A stretch of DNA of 64,000 nt. Origin: Eledone cirrhosa. Its lineage: Eukaryota. Where the stretch lies: contig OZ024741.1 in the NCBI GenBank assembly GCA_964016885.1, positions 219,604,001-219,668,000 on the forward strand, read 5' to 3'. The translations under genes and the position numbers were made by a program. The notes beneath the pieces are model-generated. The model searched no databases. It saw only the letters and a program-made list of their open reading frames with translations, and was not told the DNA's origin. Positions 1 to 11,668 of this stretch are shown here, piece by piece (position 1 is the stretch's first letter; each line of letters begins with the position of its first letter).

Positions 1-54
1 CACAAGATATTGATGGGTCAGCACAATATAAAAAAAATGTGTTCAAGATACCAG

Positions 55-245
55 AAAGTAGGACTGAGCAAGGGACATTACGACTGAATAATAGATCTTA
101 GGACTAGACAAGGGACCTTAGGGCTAAATAAATGAAATTAAGACTGTATAAGAGAGCTCAAGACTGAACAAGGGACGTTAGGACAGTAAAAAAGACCTTA
201 GGAGTGAATAAGGGTCTTTAAGACTGAAGAAGGGACCTAAGGATT
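55..245. repeat. Degenerate 20-bp minisatellite
   Basis: About nine units like GGACTGAACAAGGGACCTTA at 20-bp spacing. Confidence 0.75.
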
Positions 246-461
246 GCAAAGCAAACTTCTTAACCTCTCAGGATTGGAGTATGTGTTTGTTACATCTCTG
301 TTAGTTCTCACAGTGAGAGTTTCAGTTGTGTGAACAATGGAACTGCCTAATCATGAAATTAAAGTGCCAGTGACTGAGTATTCCACATTAGTGAGACATA
401 TTTGCAACTGTACAAAAGAGACCTATCACTGCATCACATAAACAAATTTGTGATTGACTCA

Positions 462-845
462 ATCTCTTCAAGGTGGTGCCCCAGCATGGCCACAGTCTAA
501 TGACTGATACCAAAAAAAAAAAATCAATATGTTTGACTAAAACTTTCCCCAGCCAGGCCACAATCTAAGGACTGAAACCAATAAAATATTTGTATTGTTG
601 ATGTGACTGACTATATCTCTTCAAGGTGGTGCCCCAGCATGGCCACAGTCCAACAACTGAAACCAATAAAATATTAGTATGGTTGATGTGACTGACTATA
701 TCTCTTCGAGGTGGTGCCCCAGCATGGCCACAGTCCAACAACTGAAACCAATAAAATATTAGTATGGTTGATATGACTGACTATATCTCTTCAAGGTGCT
801 GCCCCAGCATGGCCAGTCTAATGACTGAAACAAGATAAGAATACA
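462..845 (+). repeat. Tandemly repeated SINE 3' tail (OK/Ceph-SINE-like), about 86-bp unit
   Basis: Four to five copies of CTCTTCAAGGTGGTGCCCCAGCATGGCCACAGTC...ACTGAAAC, resembling the cephalopod SINE tail as I recall it. Confidence 0.6.
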
Positions 846-944
846 AGAATAATTGTCCTGCGCATACAGAATGGATTAAGCTTAATTAATCCCTGTTTAA
901 CCCTTTAGTTACTAATCCGGCCAAAACCAGCTCCTCTTCTGACT

Positions 945-1078
945 TCAAATCCTACTGAAGTTAGCTTTACTTTTCATCCTTACTGTGTTGATAAAATAAA
1001 GTACCAGTAACAGTCTGGGGTCGACTTTCCCCTCCCCCGCAAAAAAAAAATTGCTGGCCTTGTGCCTAAATAAGAAAC

Positions 1079-1135
<57 letters not shown>
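945..1135 (+). mobile_element. tRNA-derived octopus OR-type SINE, 5'-truncated, with (ATT)n tail
   Basis: TTCAAATCC B-box-like motif, GATAAAATAAAGTACCAGT core, GGCCTTGTGCCTAAA...AAACC(ATT)n. Same family as 21741-22198. Confidence 0.7.
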
Positions 1136-1136
<1 letters not shown>

Positions 1137-1458
1137 TATGGCCGCACATGTGTGAAGACAGACAAGTCTGCGGGGGAAAAGGTTCGTAGCTTTAAGCTGT
1201 TTTAAAGTGTCTTTTTTTTGTATTTTCTTGTCATTAACGAAACTTAAGGTACACATCTTGATTTAAAGAGAGGGATACCTCTCAATATTCGGGCTTTAAG
1301 CCCGAATATTCGGATTTATTTTTAAAATCTTCGAAAAAAATCGCTTCCCCACCAAAAGAAAATTATGGAAATTTTCGACCTTGAAACGGTAAACAACGTT
1401 CAGGTCAAAAGTTTAAAGGCAGCCACTGCAGATTTCACCATGACTACGATGGCTAGTC

Positions 1459-1727
1459 ATGCCTGTCATCCACTCTACTGAATGTGAAGGCAAAACTAAA
1501 AAGCTACCATCACAACCTTCTGGCATAGCAGCAGTATCATCTCAAAACGACATCACCACCACCACCACCACCACAACAACAACTCAGAGCAATAACGACA
1601 AAAACACCGACAGCTTCAATGTAAACAAGGATGGCGGTGGCAACAGCAAGAATGACAACAACAACAATAAGAGCATCAGAAACACCACATTTGCTGCAGC
1701 AGCAGCAGCAAAAACAAAGCGCTTATT
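1459..1727 (+). pseudogene. N-terminal part of the L1/Tx1-like ORF1, cut by the RTE insertion
   Basis: MPVIHS...TFAAAAAAKTKRL joins in frame to LNIDIDISDK (7422) once 1728-7418 and one TTATT copy are removed. Confidence 0.75.
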
Positions 1728-2029
1728 CATCATCATCATCATCATCACCGTTTTACGTCCGTTCTTCCACGCTAGCATGGGTTAGACGGGTTGTCCTGTT
1801 GTGGGCAGTGTCTGGTCGGCTGACCATGCCTTGCTCATACAGGAACTGATCTGGCTTGATTTCTACAGCTGGATGCCCTTCCTAACACCAACCTCATTTA
1901 CAGTGAGTGCTGGGTGCTTTTTCGTGGCGCCTACACGTCCACTTTACAGTGTGGGCTGGGTGCTTTTTTGCCGTGGCACCTCCACGACCACCTTGCGGTG
2001 GGGGGGGGGGGGCATATTGTTTATATGCT

Positions 2030-5000
2030 TCAGCATGTACCCATGGGAGGTCGGGTACCCTGTATTACTGCGTGACGCCAGAAGTCACGGTCGTGTGTCA
2101 TTGACTTTGAGAGGTGTAGTTGGGTAAGGTCGGCTTTTATCACCTCATCCCAAGTCATCTTGGGTCTCCCCACTCCGCGGTTTCCATCAACTTCTAGTGC
2201 TCTGCACCTTTTTATGCAGCTGTCATCCTTCATACGCATCACATGTCCATACCAGCGTAACCGCCTCTCCTGCACGCAGCATTTGATTCCTCTTATGCTC
2301 AGTCTCTCTCTCAATTCATTTATGCTTTGTCGTTCACGTATATTACTGTTACACATCCATCGGAGCATGCAGGCTTCGTTTCTCTCTAATCTACGTAAGT
2401 CTTCCACCTTCAGCGCCCAGGTCTCACTACCATGCAACATCGCTGTTCGGATACACGCATCATACAGTCTGCCTTTCATTCTGAGGGAGAAGCCTTTTGC
2501 AGCTAGCAGTGGTAGTAGTTCCCTAAACTTCTTCCATCCCGTTCTTACCCTAGTTATTGTACTTTCTGAGCACCCACCTCCGTTGCTAATTCGGTCACCT
2601 AGGTAGCAGAAGCTGTCTACTGTTTCTACAGGGCCCTCCCAGAGATTGGTGGTACTTGTTTCCTGTGGCTGTTTGCTTGCTGTTTCAGCACAGCTGCTGC
2701 ATGTGAATCCTACATTCTTAATTAAGCTTCCTGAGATCCCGCTACATCTCTTGTGTACCCATTGTTTGCATTTGGGGCAAAGAATGGAGTTCCTACCTAC
2801 ACCTTTCCTACATACTGAGCAAGGCCATTTCCCTGAGGGGATCTGGGTTCTGTTTTCTCGTCTACTTATAAGGACCTTAGTCTTTGTCATGTTGACTTTG
2901 AGGCCCTTTCTCTCTAGTCCCTGCTTCCAGGTTTGGAATTTATTCTCTAGTTCTACCATAGATTCAGCTATGAGTGCGAGGTCATCAGCATACAGGAGTT
3001 CCCATGGGCATCCGGTCTTAAACTCCTCCGTTATTGCCTGCAGGACTATGATGAACAGGAGAGGGCTAAGAACAGAGCCCTGGTGGACCCCAACCTGTAC
3101 GCTAAATTCCTCGCTATACTCATTGCCAATCCTAACTTTGCTGACTGCTCCCCTATACATGGCTTGTACCGCTTTCACAAGCCATTCATCTACTCCTAGT
3201 TTTCTAAGAGCCCACCAGATTACTGCACGTGGAACTCTGTCAAAGGCTTTCTCAAGGTCGACAAATGCCAAGTAGAGTGGCTTACTTTTAGCTAGGTACT
3301 TTTCCTGTAATTGCCTCACAAGGAAGAGCGCATCAGTGGTGCCTTTCCCTGGTACAAACCCAAATTGCATCTCGTCTATATTCACCCGGTCCCTAATCAG
3401 CTGTGCTATAACTCTTTCTGTTACTTTCATCACCTGGTCCATCAACTTTATACCTCTATAGTTTCCTCTATCTAGTGCATCGCCTTTACCTTTGTAGCAG
3501 TTGACAATGATGCTACTGCACCAATCTTTTGGTATGGCCCCCTCTAGTATTACCTGGTTAACGATACGTGTGGTTATAGTGTGACCTACAGACCCAGATG
3601 CCTTCAGCATCTCGGCAGCTATACCCGATGGACCGGTTGCCTTCCCTATCTTCATATCTCTGATTGCCTTACTTACTACGCTGCCGCTGACTTGTACTGC
3701 TGGTCCCTCTATAGGGTCTACGTGGGGTAGGGTCTCTTCTTCCCATGCATTCTCCTCATTTAGTAATCTATCATAATGACTCTTCCATGCATCTTTCTTC
3801 TCAGCACTTGTGAGGGCAAGCTCACCTTTATCATTCCGGATACACTTCTCCCCAATGACATCACAACTATCTCTGACACACTGCCTCGCAATCTTGAATA
3901 CCTCCTGTTTCTGGTCCTCACGTTGTAAAACATGCTTGAATTTTCTATCCTCTGCTTCCCTCCTAGCTAAGTATACTTGTCGCCTAGCTTCCCTCTTGGT
4001 CTCTATGTAATGTACCCTGCTCCCCCCGTTCTTCCATTCTTTCCATGCCTGTCTCTTGGCCTTGACTGCTTCATCTACCTTATTGTTCCACCACCAAGTC
4101 ACTCTCCTCCTGCTTGAGGTCTTACTCCAGCCACAAACCTCATCCGTCGCCTCTAGTAAGTTATTTTTTAGGAACTCCCAGTTCTCTTCTACGTTAAATG
4201 TCTCTATCTGTTCTTCTTTACTGTCGTAGGCGTTGAGTAAAATATCTTTAAATCTGTTACTGGTTGAGGGGACTTTCAGCTTCCAGATCTTTCTTCTCCA
4301 GGTTGGCCTCTGTTTCAGGGCTCGTCTAGTTCTGACCGTGAGGTCGCTGACAACTAAGCTATGTTGGGATGTACATTCCTCACTAGGGAAGGCTTTTGTG
4401 TTTACGACCGTCCATCTGTCACGTCCTCTGATGAGGATAAAATCTAACTGACTAGAGTGCTCCCCTGATCTATAGGTGATCAGGTGGTTGTCGGGTTTTT
4501 TAAAGTTTGTGTTACATATCGACATGTCATTGGCGTCGCAGAATTCTAGAAGTCTGAATCCTTCCTCATTCCTTGTGCCAACTCCATGGCCTCCATGTAC
4601 TCTATTGAAGCCGTCGCAGTGTTTACCTACGTGTCCGTTAAAATCTCCTGCAATGATTAGGAAGTCCTTGTCGTCTGTTAGAGCAGTAGTGTGTATTAGG
4701 GACTCGTAAAACCTATCCTTAAGTTCGTCTGGCAGCCCCGATTGGGGTGCGTAAGCTGATATTATTGTGGTAATTGTCTTATTCAGGACTAGTCTGAGTT
4801 TAATGATTCTTGCATTTACCCTGTACACTGAGATTACTTTATCTACCCACTTGTCAGCTAATAGTATACCTACACCACCCATCCCATCGTCATTTCCCAC
4901 CCAGAAAAATTTGTAGCACTGGCTTTTTCCTACAAGGACTCTAGCGGACCCTCCTCTCCATCTAGTCTCTTGCACACAGCATACATCAACTTCCTTTCGC

Positions 5001-5149
5001 TCTAGCATTTCTACGATTTCTCCTGCTCTTCCTTTCATTGAGCCTACATTGATGGTACCAACTCGGAGTTTTGGGCATTTGTCGACACTCGTAGGGGAGG
5101 GTCTCTGGGTTGGCGCTTCACGTGGGTGCTTGGTAGCTCGCAGATTCAT
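2030..5149 (-). CDS. RTE LINE ORF: APE endonuclease, reverse transcriptase and PHD-type zinc finger
   Basis: 1039 aa, uninterrupted. APE motifs CCVQET, AYAP, GDFNGHVG. RT motifs FVDLEKAFD, GVHQGSVLSP, YADD. PHD CSVC...CPKC...H..C...CSSC after the RT core. Confidence 0.95.
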   Translation of the reverse strand: MNLRATKHPREAPTQRPSPTSVDKCPKLRVGTINVGSMKGRAGEIVEMLERKEVDVCCVQETRWRGGSARVLVGKSQCYKFFWVGNDDGMGGVGILLADKWVDKVISVYRVNARIIKLRLVLNKTITTIISAYAPQSGLPDELKDRFYESLIHTTALTDDKDFLIIAGDFNGHVGKHCDGFNRVHGGHGVGTRNEEGFRLLEFCDANDMSICNTNFKKPDNHLITYRSGEHSSQLDFILIRGRDRWTVVNTKAFPSEECTSQHSLVVSDLTVRTRRALKQRPTWRRKIWKLKVPSTSNRFKDILLNAYDSKEEQIETFNVEENWEFLKNNLLEATDEVCGWSKTSSRRRVTWWWNNKVDEAVKAKRQAWKEWKNGGSRVHYIETKREARRQVYLARREAEDRKFKHVLQREDQKQEVFKIARQCVRDSCDVIGEKCIRNDKGELALTSAEKKDAWKSHYDRLLNEENAWEEETLPHVDPIEGPAVQVSGSVVSKAIRDMKIGKATGPSGIAAEMLKASGSVGHTITTRIVNQVILEGAIPKDWCSSIIVNCYKGKGDALDRGNYRGIKLMDQVMKVTERVIAQLIRDRVNIDEMQFGFVPGKGTTDALFLVRQLQEKYLAKSKPLYLAFVDLEKAFDRVPRAVIWWALRKLGVDEWLVKAVQAMYRGAVSKVRIGNEYSEEFSVQVGVHQGSVLSPLLFIIVLQAITEEFKTGCPWELLYADDLALIAESMVELENKFQTWKQGLERKGLKVNMTKTKVLISRRENRTQIPSGKWPCSVCRKGVGRNSILCPKCKQWVHKRCSGISGSLIKNVGFTCSSCAETASKQPQETSTTNLWEGPVETVDSFCYLGDRISNGGGCSESTITRVRTGWKKFRELLPLLAAKGFSLRMKGRLYDACIRTAMLHGSETWALKVEDLRRLERNEACMLRWMCNSNIRERQSINELRERLSIRGIKCCVQERRLRWYGHVMRMKDDSCIKRCRALEVDGNRGVGRPKMTWDEVIKADLTQLHLSKSMTHDRDFWRHAVIQGTRPPMGTC

Positions 5150-5393
5150 ATTTCATCTATTGATTCAGAGTTGCTCGTGTATTCCCAGCTCATCCATCCA
5201 TAACGGTGGGAAAATTGAGGGCTAGAAGGACAGTGGTGGTGGGGTAATGGCAGGGTGTGTTGGGATGCGCCAGAGGAGGAGAGAGTTAGTTAGGCAGGTA
5301 GTAGCAGCAGCAGCAGTGGAAATGGCATGCTAGGTTTGATTGGTCGAATAGACTATGGTGGTGTGTGGGGGTGGGGGGAGGGAAATTGTGAGG

Positions 5394-7418
5394 TAGGAAC
5401 TGAGGGTCGCATGGTAAATATCCAAGTTAATACTACATCAGTAAAATTAACAATAATAACGTCATGAAAAAAACTACTAAGAGGGTCGCATGGTAAATAT
5501 CCAAGTTAATACTACATCAGTAAAATTAACAATAATAACGTCATGAAAAAAAACTACTAAGAGGGTCGCATGGTAAATATCCAAGTTAATACTACATCAG
5601 TAAAATTAACAATAATAACGTCATGAAAAAAACTACTAAGAGAAACCCTCGAAAATTTATCGCTAATACAGCAGGGAAAATTTAACGCTAATACAGCAGG
5701 GAACATCATAATATTAACGACAATATGTAGGCTAAAATACCTTCGTAGATTAGATGGATGGCTGGCTGGGAAAATTGGAATCAGCTCTAGTGATACATTT
5801 TAGCAGAGAAGAATGGGAAAGTGTCTTATCTCTTCAATATTTTCAGATTGAATGAATTAGGTTAAAGACAGGGTAGTAAGCCTTAAAGAAGTGCATAGAG
5901 AGGGGGGGGGGGGTAGGAACTGAGGGTCGCATGGTAAATAACTGAGAGAGATACAATAGGATTAGAATACCGCATGGTAAATATCCAAGTTAATAAGTTA
6001 ATACTACATCAGTAAAATTAACAATAATAACGTCATGAAAAAAACTACTAAGAGGGTCGCATGGTAAATATCCAAGTTAATACTACATCAGTAAAATTAA
6101 CAATAATAACGTCATGAAAAAAACTACTAAGAGAAACCCTCGAAAATTTATCGCTAATACAGCAGGGAAAATTTAACGCTAATACAGCAGGGAACATCAT
6201 AATATTAACGACAATATGTAGGCTAAAATACCTTCGTAGATTAGATGGATGGCTGGCTGGGAAAATTGGAATCAGCTCTAGTGATACATTTTAGCAGAGA
6301 AGAATGGGAAAGTGTCTTATCTCTTCAATATTTTCAGATTGAATGAATTAGGTTAAAGACAGGGTAGTAAGCCTTAAAGAAGTGCATAGAGAGGGGGGGG
6401 GGGGTAGGAACTGAGGGTCGCATGGTAAATAACTGAGAGAGATACAATAGGATTAGAATACCGCATGGTAAATATCCAAGTTAATAAGTTAATACTACAT
6501 CAGTAAAATTAACAATAATAACGTCATGAAAAAAACTACTAAGAGAAACCCTCGAAAATTTATCGCTAATACAGCAGGGAAAATTTAACGCTAATACAGC
6601 AGGGAACATCATAATATTAACGACAATATGTAGGCTAAAATACCTTCGTAGATTAGATGGATGGCTGGCTGGGAAAATTGGAATCAGCTCTAGTGATACA
6701 TTTTAGCAGAGAAGAATGGGAAAGTGTCTTATCTCTTCAATATTTTCAGATTGAATGAATTAGGTTAAAGACAGGGTAGTAAGCCTTAAAGAAGTGCATA
6801 GAGAGGGGGGGGGGGGTTTAGGAACTGAGGGTCGCATGGTAAATAACTGAGAGAGATACAATAGGATTAGAATACCGCATGGTAAATATCCAAGTTAATA
6901 AGTTAATACTACATCAGTAAAATTAACAATAATAACGTCATGAAAAAAACTACTAAGAGAAACCCTCGAAAATTTATCGCTAATACAGCAGGGAAAATTT
7001 AACGCTAATACAGCAGGGAACATCATAATATTAACGACAATATGTAGGCTAAAATACCTTCGTAGATTAGATGGATGGCTGGCTGGGAAAATTGGAATCA
7101 GCTCTAGTGATACATTTTAGCAGAGAAGAATGGGAAAGTGTCTTATCTCTTCAATATTTTCAGATTGAATGAATTAGGTTAAAGACAGGGTAGTAAGCCT
7201 TAAAGAAGTGCATAGAGAGGGGGGGGGGGTAGGAACTGAGGGTCGCATGGTAAATAACTGAGAGAGATACAATAGGATTAGAATACCGCATGGTAAATAT
7301 CCAAGTTAATAAGTTAATACTACATCAGTAAAATTAACAATAATAACGTCATGAAAAAAACTATTAAGAGAAACCCTCGAAAATTTATCGCTAATACAGC
7401 AGGGAAAATTTAACGCTA
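5394..7418 (-). repeat. Tandem ~412-bp monomers with ~79-bp sub-repeats in the RTE 5' region
   Basis: AGAAACCCTCGAAAATTTATCG recurs at about 5641, 6132, 6544, 6958 and 7369. The copies differ mostly in homopolymer length. Confidence 0.9.
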
Positions 7419-9060
7419 TTATTGAATATCGATATTGATATTAGCGATAAAGACGAACAGTTGGCCAAAGCGTGGAGGCTAATTAAACGGGAGAAGTCCT
7501 GGGCAAACCTGACCATCCCGGATGAGGCAATAGCGGCCATGCAAAGGAGGACGGTGCTCTTTCGATGTATTTCGGTGCAGACACGAAAAGTGGAACTTGC
7601 GAGCCAAGCAGAGGTAGAGGTTGCTTTGGAGTACATCGGAAGTAACATAGAGTACAAAGCAAGAGGCAAACAGTTCGGTACCATCTCGGTACTGTTCAAA
7701 TCCGAGGCCCTCGCTATTAAGCACTCGGTGATCCCCTGCAGAACGGAACGCATTATCATGCATCCGTCCTATATGGGTAAAAGGACAGTGAAGGTACACA
7801 TTCCCAGCATCCCACCAGGAATGAACATATGGGGGCTGCTGGGATGCGTAATCGAGGAGGGGACAGACACCACCCTCCTGGACATCAAAAGGACAGAGAG
7901 AGAAGACTGGTCCGGAATGGATTTGGAGATTCTTCTCCAAATGAAACCGGAGGATATAAATAACATCCCAGATTTTGCCCGCCTGCAGGACGGGACAACA
8001 ATCCAACTAATGATTGACGGAAGAAGGCCACGCTGCTTCGTTTGCGGGGAAGCCACACATCTTCAAGCCTTCTGCCCTCAGCGCAAAAATGCAGGGGGTC
8101 GCAAACCTCCTTTGTTGCCAACGCCAGTGTCAGCACGGAAAGCTGCACCACCACCACCACCAAAAACAACATCAACAAAAACACGGACACCAACATCAAA
8201 AGCAGCCGGATCACCACCAACACCAAAACCAATCCAAGGAGAAAACGAGGAAAGCTCTCCCACTCCCCCTACACCCCCAACTATATACATAGACAAAAAA
8301 AAAATAAACGCACACACAGACACAGAGACACTCACAGACACAGACCCTTTGTCTTCCAGCAGCGAAGATGAAGGAAAACCCCAAAGTGCAAAAAAACAGA
8401 GAAAACTCACAAAAAAAAAAGCCCCTACAAAACACAAAAACACACACAACAAAAAATACAGACACCACTAACGCAGACACTTCCCCAATAACATCAGACA
8501 CCACTAACGCAGACACTTCCCCAATAACATCAGCACCATCAGCAACATCGACACCACCTCCACAATCCCCGAAACGCAAACAACCTAAACAATCACAAGT
8601 ACAAATCAACACACAAATACCTGAAATTGCAGACACCACACCTACAACAAACACAGACATACCTGAAACAAAACCACCAAAACCATCACCACCACAGTCA
8701 CCAAAACGAAAACAAATAAAACCACACCAACAAAATGTTAAAAACTTTGTGCTTGTCAGAAGGGCCAACGATAAACTGATGGCCCTCTTAGCGCGAAGCG
8801 AGGACATTCAAACAGAGGGGGAGATTTTTGAAATGAGCACATTTTGCGTGCCAGAAGATTTGCTTCTGGTCCGAATGTCACTCAATTCCTTCAAAGAAAT
8901 TCGAGAGAGCTTTCCTCAAGACGTGGGAAACCCGAATGTGAAACCCACATCAAGACTTTTAAAGGGGTTCCCAAAAGAAACCCCACCAACCATGGAGGTC
9001 GAACCACCCGACCTTCACAAGACCCGGGAGGTAAGTAAACCTTCCCTCTCTCTCTCTTAG
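7419..9060 (+). pseudogene. Remainder of the L1/Tx1-like ORF1 (gag-like zinc knuckle, Pro/Thr-rich tail), one frameshift
   Basis: CFVCGEATHLQAFC (CX2CX4HX4C). ORFs 7422-8471 and 8368-9060 overlap across A-runs near 8390-8420, consistent with a 1-nt slip. Confidence 0.75.
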
Positions 9061-9497
9061 CTTACCAATATGGCCATATTAAGAGTAGGAGGGTGAGGGT
9101 GGAGAGAGAAGTGCTGCCCCCCAGTACATTTGCTAAAAGGTGGGTGAATGTGGCGAGAATGGCTCGTGTGAATGGGCCTACTCTGACCATACACCTATAG
9201 GCTAGCTAACTTGAGGAGAGGGGTGCTCTCCTGGGTGCCCTAGAATCGCAGGGTGGTTCAGGATTGGTGGGGTACCCGAATCACCCCAGGGTCGTCCACC
9301 CCCTATCGGGGAATTTATTTTGTTATATTTTGCATAGTTTATTTTATATTTTATATTTTCATTGTTAAATTAGTCTTGCCATTGTGCACTTTTACTCGAC
9401 CTTATTGTAAACTCCCACTGTCCCTGTCTTTGTATTGTCCCCTACATGTCGGCCCTTGTGGCTAATAAATGAAATCATTATTATTATTATTATTATT

Positions 9498-9870
9498 CCT
9501 GAGAGGATCGTGTGGGCAGTGTCCTCAAAAGCTCCTTCCAGAGGGTCTTGTCAAAAACAACCGTCTCCAACTGATTTGGCTGGATCTCCAAGCGAGACTA
9601 GCCAAGCTCATAGATGTTATCCAACCATCTTGCTTGGGGTCTGCCCCTGGGTTTCCTGCCAGTTGGTTTTGCCTGTAAAATCTGTTCAGCATTTCATTCC
9701 TGAGACATTCTAACTACATGTCCATAGTATCCGAGCTGTGATCTCTCAATTTGGAGAAGTAGTGGGTCTACCTAGAGTGACTCTCGATCTCCAAGCTATC
9801 CACTCTATCATGTAATATTACTCCAAAGATCCTTCGATGGAACCCCATTTTGGCCGCTTGTATTCAGCTC
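9498..9870 (-). mobile_element. Degenerate RTE-type LINE 3' fragment (related pieces at 9990-10100 and 22240-22545)
   Basis: Minus-strand remnant of the GRP..RW.D motif, ending in a (TAA)n tail. Confidence 0.5.
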
Positions 9871-10438
9871 TGGTTCTATGAAATAAAACCACCCATTTAA
9901 AGGTTTCCAATTTAAATTAAAATCTTCCAACATAATTTTATATGAGAACCTTACATCATGTTACTATCTTAGTAATGAAATTCTTCTTCGCCCAGTTATT
10001 CCTGAGAGGGTTGTGGAGACGAAGTCCTCGAACACTTCTTTTGGCAGGTCCTGTCAGAAGCAACCATTTCCATATGATCCGACTGGATCCTCAAGCAAGA
10101 ATGGGTTGTAGGTGGCGAATAGTAATATGGTCACCTAATTTGATGGTTAGTTGCAATATAAACGGGCAACTGCCGGATGAATAAGCAACCCTGGACCATC
10201 AGGTCTTAGGCATATGGAGCAATGTATGACACCTGTAGCTCCCAAGAAAATTCTTTCAACCCAGTGATGTAGCTATGACAAGGTGAGTTAAGGCTGCCTC
10301 TAAAAAAAAGCCTAGTCTTCATAGGTTTGAGAAAGTACGAGATTGATGGCTGGTATGAATAAGACCAACAAAAGGTAAGAAAAAAAGGTAAGAAAAAAAG
10401 ATACAAATATTCAAAAATCTTACTACAAATTATCTTAC

Positions 10439-10611
10439 ATCATTTGAATCAAAATCTATTTGTATATCGTTGGTATTGGCACAACTGGGACAATCAGCTT
10501 TAATGCCTGTTTGTAGATTAGTCAGGTCTGTTTTCAATGTGGAAACATCCGATCCTATAGAGGTCATTATAGCACTGACATTGTGAACTATGCTTTGAAC
10601 AGTAACCAACT
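10439..10611 (-). CDS. Prominin-like protein, coding exon 7 (extracellular loop with CxxC)
   Basis: TTTCAG acceptor, (K)LVTVQSIVHNVSAIMTSIGSDVSTLKTDLTNLQTGIKADCPSCANTNDIQIDFDSND, GTAAG donor. 173 nt, phase 1 to 0. Confidence 0.8.
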
Positions 10612-10682
10612 CTGAAAGCAAAAATATATCAAAGTAAATAATAGTGTTTTGCAGCTTGCTTGAAGCATTATTGAATAGGAGA

Positions 10683-11668
10683 CACAAATTCAAATTTTGA
10701 AAACCAAAACAATGCGTTATGAAGGGTGTTATATTGCCAAGATAACAAAAGAATCTTACCTTAGCAAATTTAACGATCCCAAATATTTTCAGGTTTAAAA
10801 ACCAATTATCAAGGGAGTAACCCTATGAGAGACTTAAAAATCGATCAGATAGACATGTTTGTTTGGACACAGATTTAAGTTAAATGAAATGAAAAGACAT
10901 TAAGATTTTGAACATGCGTGTTGTGAAATGTATGATATATGCATGTGTGCGCATGAATGTTTGTATGCGTGTGCATGAATATAAGTTTATGTAGTGAAAG
11001 ATGTGTGCAAATATGTATATAATAAAATGGGAAAAATATGTGTGTGATACATGTGTGTATGTGTGTGTCTAAGTGTGTTTGCCTAGTGAGGACATAGATT
11101 TAATTTGAAAGAAAGAAAGACTGAAACTGGCCACTGGGATGTTGGAATACAGGTTTTTAAATTAGCCATTCTGGTGCACTTCTTTCCATTTGATTATTGA
11201 TCCTAGGTTTTAATTGCTTGATTAAGTGGGTTGCATCTGTTAGGGTGCATCCGTTATCCTCCTTGGAGGGTTGTCTTGTGGAGAGGCATCTTCGCAGGGA
11301 AGGTTCAGAGTGAGCTAGTTTGATATTGAGGCCCTCTCTTCTGATGGCTTTGCATATGGCATTGGTGGTTTCGTCGCTGAGATGTGGGATCTTGAAGAAG
11401 TGACTGCACACACATGCATATATCATACATTTCAAAATGTGCACATTCAAAATCTTTTCAGTTCATTTAACTTAAATCTGCGTCCATACAAACATGTCTA
11501 TCCGATCGATTTTAAGTCTCTCCTTGGGTTACTCCCTTGATAATAGGTTTTTAAACCCGAAAATATTTGGGATTGTTAAATTTGCCAAGGTAAGATACTT
11601 TTGTTGTCTTGGCAATTTAACATTCTTCATAACGCATTGTTTTGGTTTTCAAAATTTAAATTTGTGTT
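10683..11668. mobile_element. Truncated Penelope-like element with inverted pseudo-LTR arms
   Basis: Arms at about 10683-10960 and 11410-11668. The inner minus-strand remnant (KIPHLSDETT...IKQLKPRINNQ) resembles a PLE linker/GIY-YIG end. Confidence 0.7.

Larger units (their letters stand above)
1728..7418 (-). mobile_element. Near-full-length RTE-clade LINE with (GAT)n tail and TTATT target-site duplication
   Basis: (CAT)n tail from 1728 on the + strand. TTATT at 1723-1727 and 7419-7423. Single intact ORF and tandem 5' monomers. Confidence 0.9.
1139..9497 (+). mobile_element. ORF1-only L1/Tx1-like non-LTR element (HAL1-like), interrupted by an RTE LINE
   Basis: Flanked by (ATT)n on both sides. 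ORF1 has a CCHC knuckle. Only a ~37-codon ORF2 C-terminal remnant (…TFAKRWVNVARMARVNGPTLTIHL*, ending 9200) remains, then a 3' UTR with AATAAA near 9464. Confidence 0.7.

Noticed and set aside
262-350. Next prominin exon
   Set aside because: The phase-0 frames after the candidate acceptors hit stop codons.
2160-4709. Plus-strand ORFs opposite the RTE
   Set aside because: They are antisense shadows of the LINE ORF with no independent motifs.
5394-7418. Bidirectional promoter shared by a head-to-head RTE and gag-like gene
   Set aside because: The TSD and in-frame rejoining show a simple nested insertion into ORF1.
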